Of a stretch of DNA of 64,000 bases, positions 7,514 to 15,415 are shown piece after piece (position 1 is the stretch's first letter; every line of letters starts with the position of its first letter). A model generated the notes under the pieces. It was not told the origin of the DNA and made no database searches. It was given only the letters and a program-made list of their open reading frames with translations. The DNA lies in assembly GCA_963804645.1 (NCBI GenBank), contig CAWDRG010000011.1, positions 128,001 through 192,000 on the forward strand, given 5' to 3'. Origin of the DNA: an uncultured Bacillota bacterium (GTDB lineage: Bacteria; Sysuimicrobiota; Sysuimicrobiia; Sysuimicrobiales; Segetimicrobiaceae). Both the position numbers and the translations under genes were made by a program.

Positions 7514-8971
7514 GTGACCACGCCGTTCGAATCAGTGCGCACCGAAGTCCTGGTGGTCGGGGGTGGTCCGGCGGGGATGGCCGCGGCGCTCGCGGCCTCT
7601 CAGGCAGGGGCCCGCGTGACCCTGGTCGACGAACGCCCCACCCTCGGGGGGCAGGTCTACAAACAGAGCAGTCCCGCGTTCGGGCTGACCCACGCGGCGC
7701 GCCGCGGCGCGCACTACCGTCGCGGCCAGCAGCTCATCGCCGCCGTCGCGGCCAGTCCCATCGACACGCTCACGGACACGGTGGTGTGGGCGATTTGGGG
7801 CCGCGACGCGTTCGTGTGCCGCCAGGACCGCGAGGTGCGCCGCATCGCGGCGGAGGCGATCATCATCGCGACGGGCGCGTACGACCGGCCCGTGCCGTTT
7901 CCCGGCTGGACGCTGCCGGGCGTGATCACGGCCGGCGGCGCGCACTCACTCGTGAAGGTGTTCCGGGTCTCTCCCGGGCGCCGCATTCTCATGGCGGGAT
8001 CCGGACCGCTGTCGCTGTCGTTCGCCGCCGAGCTTCGGCAATACGGGGCTAATGTCGTCATGCTGACGGAAGCCTGCCCGCGTCCGACGGCGGCCGCGGC
8101 CCTTCGCCTGCTGGGCGCCGCGCCCGGCAACACGTCGAGCCTCGCGGAGGGGCTCAGGTACCTCTGGAGTCTCCGCCGTCAGCGAGTCCCGGTGCGCTGG
8201 TCGACCATGATCAGCCGGGCCGAGGGTGACGACCGCGTCGAGCGCGCGGTGATCACGCGGGTCGACCGGGATTGGCGGCCGCTTCCCGGGTCCGAGGAGG
8301 TCCTGGACGTGGACGCGATCTGCCTCGGATACGGCTTGCTGCCGTCGAACGAGCTGACGAGACTGTGCGGCTGCGCGCATGACTACGATGAGCAGCGGGG
8401 CGGCATGATCGCGAGGCATGACGCGTGGATGCGGTCGTCCGTACCGGGCATCCTCGTCGCCGGAGACGGCGCGGGCGTCTCGGGGGCGGCGACGGCGATT
8501 GAACAAGGGCGCGTGGCCGGTCTGGCGGCCGCCGTCGACACCGGCCACCTGAGCGCCGCGCAGGCCGCCGCCTTGGCGACGCGCGCCCGTGCGCGGCTCC
8601 GGCGGCAGCGTCGATTCCGCGAGGCGCTCGACCGGATGTACCCCGTGGGCCCCGGCGTGTACGAGCTCGCGAACGACCGCACCATCGTCTGCCGCTGCGA
8701 AGAGGTCACGCTGGGCGACATCAGGGCCGCGCTCGGCAGGTGTCCGGCGGACCCCCAAGGCGTCAAGGACTTCACCCGGGCCGGCATGGGCCTCTGCCAG
8801 GGCAGGATGTGCGGCCGCCAAGTCGCCGCCGAGGTCGCGCGCGCGACCGGCGTGTCGATCGGGGACGTCGACCCGGCCTCCGTCAGGCCGCCGGTGAAGC
8901 CGATCCCGATCGCGGCGGTGGCCGCGGAGATGCCCGAACGGCGGCGTCCGATCGTGGAGCTCAAGTCCTGA
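7514..8971 (+). CDS. FAD/NAD(P)-binding oxidoreductase with C-terminal BFD-like [2Fe-2S] domain (HcnB/OoxA/D-hydroxyproline dehydrogenase alpha-like)
   Basis: VVGGGPAG, LGGQ, IIATGAYDRPVPFPGWTLPGV, VCRCEEV...TRAGMGLCQGRMC, VRPPVKP. Confidence 0.88.
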   Translation: MTTPFESVRTEVLVVGGGPAGMAAALAASQAGARVTLVDERPTLGGQVYKQSSPAFGLTHAARRGAHYRRGQQLIAAVAASPIDTLTDTVVWAIWGRDAFVCRQDREVRRIAAEAIIIATGAYDRPVPFPGWTLPGVITAGGAHSLVKVFRVSPGRRILMAGSGPLSLSFAAELRQYGANVVMLTEACPRPTAAAALRLLGAAPGNTSSLAEGLRYLWSLRRQRVPVRWSTMISRAEGDDRVERAVITRVDRDWRPLPGSEEVLDVDAICLGYGLLPSNELTRLCGCAHDYDEQRGGMIARHDAWMRSSVPGILVAGDGAGVSGAATAIEQGRVAGLAAAVDTGHLSAAQAAALATRARARLRRQRRFREALDRMYPVGPGVYELANDRTIVCRCEEVTLGDIRAALGRCPADPQGVKDFTRAGMGLCQGRMCGRQVAAEVARATGVSIGDVDPASVRPPVKPIPIAAVAAEMPERRRPIVELKS

Positions 8972-10150
8972 ATGCACACGAACAGCCCGCCGGCGCCCGC
9001 GGACACCGACGTGGCCATCATCGGCGGCGGCCTCCTCGGCTGCGCGCTCGCCTTCCACCTCGCGAGGGCCGGCGTCGAGACCATGATGTTGGAGCGCGGC
9101 GAACTCAACCGGGAAGCCTCGGGCACGAACGCGGGCAGCCTGCACATTCAACTGCTGCGACCGCCGGGCATGGATGAAACGTGGTTCGAGCACTTCAGAC
9201 CGCTGGTGCGGCTGCACGCGGAATCCGCCAGCGCCTGGCGGCGGCTCGAGCGGGAGGCGGAGATCGACGCCGGACTCCGGATGCACGGAGGGCTGCTCGT
9301 CGCCGAAACCTCCGACCAGCTGCGGATGCTCGAGCATAAGGTGGCGCTTGAGCGGGCCGAAGGCCTGGATACGGAGCTGATCAGCGGGGCCGAAGCGCGC
9401 GCGATGTGCCCGCTGCTCTCGGAGTCGGTGATCGGCGCCGACTACTGCGCCGACGACGGCGCGGCGAACTCCCTGCTCGTCGCGCCGGCGCTCGCGGGCC
9501 GGGCGGCCGAACGCGGGGCGCGTATCGCCACGCACCATGAGGTGCTCCGCATCGACGTCGCGGGATCCAGAGATTTCGTCTTGGCGACACCGGGCGGTCC
9601 CATCCGCGCGCGGCGGGTGGTGGTGGCGGCGGGCCCCTGGACCGGGCGGGTCGCCGAGATGGTGGGCGTCCACCTCCCGATCGGTCCCAACGTCCTCAGC
9701 ATGAACGTGACGGAGGCGCAGCCGCCCGAGCTGAAGCTCCTGATTCAGCACGCCGGACACCGTCTCACGCTCAAGCAGACCCGCAGCGGCACGTACATCA
9801 TCGGCGGCGGCTGGCCGGGCGAGTACGTCACGTCCGAAAACCGCAAGCTCACGTCGTTCGACAGTCTGGCGGGCAACATGTGGGTCGCGGTGTCGGTCGT
9901 CCCGCGGCTCGCACGTCTTCGCGTGATCAGAACCTGGGCGGGCCTGGGCTCCAACACCCCCGACTGGCAACCGATCATCGGCGAATGCCCGCAGGTGCCC
10001 GGCTTCCACGTCCTGTTCGCCGGCCTGGGGTTCACGCTCGGCCTGGTCTGCGCGCAGATGATGGCGGACCTGCTGTCCGAGCGCACGGCGGCGGGCAGCG
10101 CGCTCGACGCGTTTGCGCCGAGTCGATACGCTGGGGCCGCGACTTCATAG
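8972..10150 (+). CDS. FAD-dependent DAO-family oxidoreductase (HcnC/OoxB/D-hydroxyproline dehydrogenase beta-like)
   Basis: IIGGGLLG, EASGTNAGSLH, RTWAGL...TPDWQPIIG, GFTLG; starts immediately after the previous stop. Confidence 0.85.
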   Translation: MHTNSPPAPADTDVAIIGGGLLGCALAFHLARAGVETMMLERGELNREASGTNAGSLHIQLLRPPGMDETWFEHFRPLVRLHAESASAWRRLEREAEIDAGLRMHGGLLVAETSDQLRMLEHKVALERAEGLDTELISGAEARAMCPLLSESVIGADYCADDGAANSLLVAPALAGRAAERGARIATHHEVLRIDVAGSRDFVLATPGGPIRARRVVVAAGPWTGRVAEMVGVHLPIGPNVLSMNVTEAQPPELKLLIQHAGHRLTLKQTRSGTYIIGGGWPGEYVTSENRKLTSFDSLAGNMWVAVSVVPRLARLRVIRTWAGLGSNTPDWQPIIGECPQVPGFHVLFAGLGFTLGLVCAQMMADLLSERTAAGSALDAFAPSRYAGAATS

Positions 10151-10173
10151 GCACGCAGGGGGGATCGCACGGC

Positions 10174-11061
10174 ATGGCGAGTCTGCTCCTCCAACTCATC
10201 TACAACGGTCTGGTCGTCGGGGCGATTCTGGCGCTGGCCGGCCTCGGCGCGACCCTCGTGTTCGGGATCCAGCGGGTCGCCAATTTCGCGCACGGCGATT
10301 ACATGACGGTCGGAGCCTACGCCGCCCTGCTGCTCGACGTCACGTGGTCCACCAACCTCGTCGTCGCCGCCGTCGGCGCGATCGTCGCCACGGCCGCGCT
10401 CGCGGTGGGACTCCATCTGGTGCTGCTCCGGCCGCTGCGCGGCCGCGGGCTGGTCGCGCTGTCGCTCATCACGGTGGGCCTCGGCCTCGTGCTGCGCGAC
10501 GCGCTGTTCCTCATCGAAGGGTCGCAGGCGCGCCAGTACGCGTTCAATCAGGCGGCGGTGCTCAACCTCGGCTTCGTCCGCATCGCCCCCGGCGAGCTGT
10601 GGGCCGGCGCCGCGGCGGTCGTGGTGGTCCCTGCGGTCGCAGCGATGCTGGCGTGGACGTCGATCGGGAAGTCCATGCGGGCGGTGGCCGACAACCGCGA
10701 TCTGGCAGAGATCTCGGGCATCGACACCGATCGGATCGGCCTGTATGTGTGGCTCGTGGCGGGCGCCCTCGCCGGGCTCGGCGGGACCATGCTGGGCCTC
10801 GTGCAGGGCGTGTTCGATCCCAACCTCGGATTCAACGTGCTGTTCCTGGTGCTGACCGTCGTGGTCCTCGGCGGCATCGGCAACGCGTTCGGCGCCCTGC
10901 TCGCCGGGTTTGCCCTCGGGCTGGTCATGGAAGTATCGACGTGGCCGCTGTTCTTTGGCGGCGTCCCAACCCAGTACCAGCCGGTCGTGGGGTTCATCGT
11001 CCTCATCCTGCTTCTGATGTTCAGGCCCCAGGGACTGCTCGGGAAGGCGCAAGTGCTGTGA
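10174..11061 (+). CDS. livH: Branched-chain amino acid ABC permease (LivH-like)
   Basis: NGLVVGAILAL...ANFAHGD, GKSMRAVADN, VVLGGIG; hydrophobic. Confidence 0.88.
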   Translation: MASLLLQLIYNGLVVGAILALAGLGATLVFGIQRVANFAHGDYMTVGAYAALLLDVTWSTNLVVAAVGAIVATAALAVGLHLVLLRPLRGRGLVALSLITVGLGLVLRDALFLIEGSQARQYAFNQAAVLNLGFVRIAPGELWAGAAAVVVVPAVAAMLAWTSIGKSMRAVADNRDLAEISGIDTDRIGLYVWLVAGALAGLGGTMLGLVQGVFDPNLGFNVLFLVLTVVVLGGIGNAFGALLAGFALGLVMEVSTWPLFFGGVPTQYQPVVGFIVLILLLMFRPQGLLGKAQVL

Positions 11062-11068
11062 GGGGGCG

Positions 11069-12049
11069 ATGATGCATCTCCTGAACCCGCAGTTCTGGAC
11101 GTTCGTCGGGGTGGTCGCCGGAATCTACGGGCTGCTCGCGCTTGCGCTCTACGTGCAGTTCTCGATGGCGGGACTCCCGAACTTCGGCCACGTCGCGTTT
11201 ATGGCCGTGGCGGCCTACACGATGGCGCTGCTCGTGATCCGCGCGCACGTGGCGCTCGGGTGGGCCAGCCTGGCGGGCATCGCCGCCGCGGTGGCGCTGG
11301 GGTTCGTGCTGGGGATCCCCTCTCTGCGGCTGCGGGCGAACTATCTCGCGATTGTCACGGTCGCGGGCAGCGAGATGATCCGGTACCTGGCGACCAACCT
11401 CAGCGTCACCGGCGGCCCGGTCGGCTCCATGGGCATGTTGGGCCCGACGCAGTTCGCGACCTACACCACGTCCTGGCAGCCCTTCATCAACGGCGTCACG
11501 GCGACGCTGTCGCGATGGGTGGGCGGGGTCGCGACCAACGACTTCAGCATGCTGTGTCTCGTGTGGACGCTGCTGGCGCTGCTGCTGCTGCTCTTCCGAC
11601 GGCTGGAGAAGTCGCCGTGGGGCCGGGTGATGAAGTCGATTCGCGAGGACGAAGAGGCGGCCGCCTCCCTCGGCAAAAACGTCTACGCGTTCAAGCTGCA
11701 GGCGCTGACCCTCGGGGGCATCCTGGCGGGCGTGGCCGGCATCCTCTGGGCCCTCGAGATCGGGGTGTTCGCCCCCGATGATTTTCAACCGACCCTCACG
11801 TTCTACGCGTACCTGATCTTGATCCTCGGCGGCATGAATCGCGTCTGGGCAATTCCGGCGGGTGCCGTGCTGTTCGGCGCGCTGTACTCGGGTACGCGGT
11901 TTCTCAACTTCTACCCGCTCTCGCTCGTGGACTCCGGCGACCGCGCGTACCTCCGCCTCCTGATCGTCGGCGTCGTCCTGGTCCTGCTGATGGCCGTGCG
12001 GCCGGAGGGGCTGTTCGGCAAGCGCCAGGAGCTCCTCCTCGAAAAATGA
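11069..12049 (+). CDS. livM: Branched-chain amino acid ABC permease (LivM-like)
   Basis: GLPNFGHVAF, LRLRANYLAIVT, SPWGRVMKSIREDE, RPEGLFG. Confidence 0.88.
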   Translation: MMHLLNPQFWTFVGVVAGIYGLLALALYVQFSMAGLPNFGHVAFMAVAAYTMALLVIRAHVALGWASLAGIAAAVALGFVLGIPSLRLRANYLAIVTVAGSEMIRYLATNLSVTGGPVGSMGMLGPTQFATYTTSWQPFINGVTATLSRWVGGVATNDFSMLCLVWTLLALLLLLFRRLEKSPWGRVMKSIREDEEAAASLGKNVYAFKLQALTLGGILAGVAGILWALEIGVFAPDDFQPTLTFYAYLILILGGMNRVWAIPAGAVLFGALYSGTRFLNFYPLSLVDSGDRAYLRLLIVGVVLVLLMAVRPEGLFGKRQELLLEK

Positions 12050-12858
12050 CGGGCGCCCTCTTGGTCGTCACCGAGGTCTCGCGCCGCTTCGGAGGGGTGC
12101 GCGCCGTCGACGGCGCCAGCTTCACGGTGCAGCCGGGATCGATCACCGCCCTGATCGGCCCGAACGGCGCGGGGAAAACCACGCTGTTCAACATCGTCTC
12201 CGGGTTCCTCCGCGCCGACGCCGGCGCCGTGACCTTCGGCGGCCGCCGGCTCGAGAGACTGCCGGCGCACCGGGTGGCTCGAGCCGGCCTCGTGCGCACG
12301 TTCCAGGCGCCCCGCATTCTGACGCGGATGTCCGTCCTCGAGAACCTCATGCTCGGCAGTCTGGATCAGCCGGGAGAGCATCTGGGACGCGCCTGGCTCC
12401 ACGGACCCACGTCGAGCCGCGAACGTGAAGTGCGGGCGGAGGCGATGGCGACGCTCGAGCTGCTGCGCCTCACCCCGCTCGTCCACGCGTATGCCGGGAC
12501 GCTCTCCGGGGGGCAGCGCAAACTGCTCGAGCTGGGGCGCGCCCTAATGGCGACCCCCCGGCTGCTCCTGCTCGACGAACCTCTGGCGGGCGTCGCGCCG
12601 GCGCTCGCCGCCCAACTGCTCGATCACATCACCACTCTCCGCCGCGACCGCGGCATGACCTTTCTGATCATCGAACATGATATGGAGTCGGTGATGTCGA
12701 TCTGCGACTGGGTCGTCGCGATGGACCGGGGGCAGGTGCTCGCGGCCGGGACGCCCGCGGAGATTCAAGCGAACGAGAGCGTGATCGAGTCGTACCTCGG
12801 ACGCGTCCAGTCCGACGACGGCGCGCCCCACGCGCCCCGGCAGTCGGAGGACCGCTGA
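12046..12858 (+). CDS. livG: Branched-chain amino acid ABC ATPase (LivG-like)
   Basis: GPNGAGKTT, RTFQ, LSGGQRK, LLLDEP, IIEHDM. Confidence 0.9.
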   Translation: MTGALLVVTEVSRRFGGVRAVDGASFTVQPGSITALIGPNGAGKTTLFNIVSGFLRADAGAVTFGGRRLERLPAHRVARAGLVRTFQAPRILTRMSVLENLMLGSLDQPGEHLGRAWLHGPTSSREREVRAEAMATLELLRLTPLVHAYAGTLSGGQRKLLELGRALMATPRLLLLDEPLAGVAPALAAQLLDHITTLRRDRGMTFLIIEHDMESVMSICDWVVAMDRGQVLAAGTPAEIQANESVIESYLGRVQSDDGAPHAPRQSEDR

Positions 12859-12860
12859 GG

Positions 12861-13610
12861 GTGGCGGACTACATTCTCAGCGTCTCCGACCTCACGGCCC
12901 GCTACGGGGACGAGGACATCCTGAAGGGCGTCTCCATCACCGTCCCGCGGGGGTCGATCGTCGCGCTGCTCGGGCCCAACGGATCGGGAAAATCCACCCT
13001 CCTCAAGGCGATCTACGGACTCGTCGTCAAGCGCACCGGCACCGTCCACTTCCATTCGAGGACCGGCCAGACCGTCGATCTGATGCGCCTGAAGCCGAAC
13101 GAGGTCACCGCTCACGGCGTCAACATGGTGCCCCAGCTCGCCAATGTCTTCCCGGAGCTGTCGGTGTACGAGAACCTGGAGATCGGCGTCATTCGGGAAC
13201 GGACGCGGACCGCGGAGCGCATGGAGCGCGTCCTCGGCGCGCTGCCGCTGCTCCGCGCCCTGCTGCGGCGCCGGGCGGCCACCCTGTCCGGCGGCCAACG
13301 GCAGGCCCTGGGCATCGCCCGCGCGCTGATGTCCAATCCTGAACTTCTGATCCTCGACGAACCGTCCGCCGGACTGGCGCCGCAGGTCGTGGACGAGGTG
13401 TTCCAGCAGGTGCGCGCGATCAATCAGAACGGCGTGAGCATCCTCGTCGTCGAGCAGAAGGCCCGCCAATGTCTGGCGGTCGCCGACTACGGCTACGTGC
13501 TCGACCAGGGCCGCAATCAGATCGATGGTCCGAGCGCCCAATTGCTGGCCGACCCCGAGATGGTGCGCCTGTACTTGGGCGCCCGGCGCCGCCGGACGGA
13601 CGCCACGTGA
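12861..13610 (+). CDS. livF: Branched-chain amino acid ABC ATPase (LivF-like)
   Basis: GPNGSGKST, LSGGQRQ, ILDEPSAGLAP, VVEQ. Confidence 0.9.
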   Translation: MADYILSVSDLTARYGDEDILKGVSITVPRGSIVALLGPNGSGKSTLLKAIYGLVVKRTGTVHFHSRTGQTVDLMRLKPNEVTAHGVNMVPQLANVFPELSVYENLEIGVIRERTRTAERMERVLGALPLLRALLRRRAATLSGGQRQALGIARALMSNPELLILDEPSAGLAPQVVDEVFQQVRAINQNGVSILVVEQKARQCLAVADYGYVLDQGRNQIDGPSAQLLADPEMVRLYLGARRRRTDAT

Positions 13611-13647
13611 TGCACGGGGCGCGCGCGACGACCTGCGGAGGACGCGT

Positions 13648-13992
13648 GTGACGCCTTCCAACGAGACCGCGGCGCCCTTGCGCCTGGAGGGGGACGTCCG
13701 ACGCGGTCGGAAAATCACCATCACGGTGAACGATCGGCCCGTGACCGCCTATCTGGGTGAGTCGGTGGCGGCCGCGCTCATCGCGGAAGGATGCCGCGCG
13801 TTTCGGCGGACGGCGCGGACTGGCGAGCCCCGGGGCCTATTCTGCGGCATGGGAGTCTGTTACGACTGCCTCGTGGTGATCGACGGCCTCCCGGGCCGCA
13901 GGGCGTGCATGACCGACGTGCGCGACGGCATGCGGGTGGCGCTCCAGGAAGGCTGGGGCGAGCCCGAACTCGGCCCAAGTTCGAACCGGTAG
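13648..13992 (+). CDS. [2Fe-2S]-binding small subunit (HcnA/opine oxidase C/D-hydroxyproline dehydrogenase gamma-like)
   Basis: GESVAAAL...RGLFCGMGVCYDCLV...RACMT; GGAGG RBS before GTG 13648. Confidence 0.87.
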   Translation: MTPSNETAAPLRLEGDVRRGRKITITVNDRPVTAYLGESVAAALIAEGCRAFRRTARTGEPRGLFCGMGVCYDCLVVIDGLPGRRACMTDVRDGMRVALQEGWGEPELGPSSNR

Positions 13993-14110
13993 CCTGCGCG
14001 AAGACCACCCGCCCTCGACCGCTGTCCGCCGCCCTCACGCCGGCGCCGGGACGCGGGGGCGGCCGGGGCACTCCCCGACCGCCGCCGCGCCGCGCGCGTC
14101 CCGCGCCATT

Positions 14111-15097
14111 CTAGGAGCGTGCGACCGACTGCAGCATCGGCTGCGGCACGCCCGCCGCCCGAAGCAGCCGGAACACCTCGTCGTGCTCCTCCGCGCTCAA
14201 GTTCTTGAACGGCGGCCTGACCGTACCGCCCGTCAGCCCCACGTACTCGAGAGCGGTCTTCATCACGGTGATCGCCGAAAACGCCTCGTTCGAGCCGGGA
14301 TCCGACCCGTGGTGGAACCGTTCGACGAACGGGAAGAGACGGCCGTGATGACGCTCCGCCTCAAGGTATTTCCCGGCCTGAAGGAGATCCCAGTACTCCA
14401 ACTCATACTCCGGCCACCACGGGGCGATGCCGCTGATGAACCCCGCCGCGCCGTGCATGTGCGCCGTCGTCGCGGCGTAGCCGGCGGAACTGTCGATGTA
14501 GGCGATGCGGTCGTGATACCGGTCGAGAATCGTGTACTCGTCGATCAGCCGCACCAAACCGCTGTGCTTCATCGACACCACGTTCCGGATCTCGACCAAC
14601 CGGCTCATGCAGTGCGTCGTGATGCATGAGTTGACGAACTGGCCGCGCCACGCCTGATCGTACACCATAATGCCGATGTCGACGGTGCGTGCCAGACGCG
14701 TGTACCAATCGACGATCGCGTCCTCGTTGAGCGGATAGTAGAAGGGCGGCGGGCACATCGTGGCGATCGCGCCGGCGGCGCGGGCGTTCTCGGCCAGCAG
14801 CGCGGCGACCCGATAGTCGTTCGTGGCGATGCCTGCCACGACCGGGACGGCGCCGTCCGACCCGCGCACCACCGCTTTCACGACTTCCAGGTGCTCCTCC
14901 GGCGACAGGGCCACGTACTCGCCGTCACCGCACGGCGCGATCAGAAACCCGGACCGCTTCCCGATGCCGCGCTCCACCATGAAGCGCACGTTGCGCTCGA
15001 TCGTGGCCGCATTCAGGGAGTAGTCGTCGCGGAAGGTCGATGCCACGAGCGCGGCGGGACCGCGCAGTTTGGACCGTACCTCGTTCATATCCAGCAT
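14111..15097 (-). CDS. DHDPS/NAL (DapA-like) family class I aldolase/lyase
   Basis: APCGDGEY (GxxGE equivalent), VPVVAG, PPFYY, IMVY, Schiff-base Lys in SMKHS, VRPP. Confidence 0.85.
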   Translation of the reverse strand: MLDMNEVRSKLRGPAALVASTFRDDYSLNAATIERNVRFMVERGIGKRSGFLIAPCGDGEYVALSPEEHLEVVKAVVRGSDGAVPVVAGIATNDYRVAALLAENARAAGAIATMCPPPFYYPLNEDAIVDWYTRLARTVDIGIMVYDQAWRGQFVNSCITTHCMSRLVEIRNVVSMKHSGLVRLIDEYTILDRYHDRIAYIDSSAGYAATTAHMHGAAGFISGIAPWWPEYELEYWDLLQAGKYLEAERHHGRLFPFVERFHHGSDPGSNEAFSAITVMKTALEYVGLTGGTVRPPFKNLSAEEHDEVFRLLRAAGVPQPMLQSVARS

Positions 15098-15415
15098 GTC
15101 GTCCGTCCTTTCCGGAGAGGAAATACACCGCTGGGGACATCCATCCGATCACGATGCAGCGCCCCGACACCAGCGCCGCAAGCGATTTAGACTTTGGAGT
15201 CCGGAAACCCTCCCGCGCGACGCCATCGGATGCGCGGTCACGCGGAGGAGCGGGCAGACCTCTCGAGGAATAGCAGGCGTCGCGCGGATCATGATGGGGA
15301 TCGTTGCGACCGCCCCGATCGCGGCCGCCCGCCGTGACCGTCACGCCGCCCGTCCCGAACGGACGCCCTGTTCCATCAGCACCGGCACAGCCAGCATGGG
15401 TCTCGAGGAGGATGC

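Noticed and set aside
5657..10009. Long antisense ORFs such as 5657-7216 and 7946-10009 (also 21129-22841, 38241-40625, 62063-63841)
   Set aside because: Shadow frames opposite well-supported genes, expected at high GC.
7514..13992. Hydrogen cyanide synthase hcnABC call
   Set aside because: Homology is family-level only; the importer and glycosidase context indicates catabolism.
14040..14110. GC-rich hairpin between convergent genes as an intrinsic terminator
   Set aside because: No U-tract on either strand; cannot be separated from background GC pairing.
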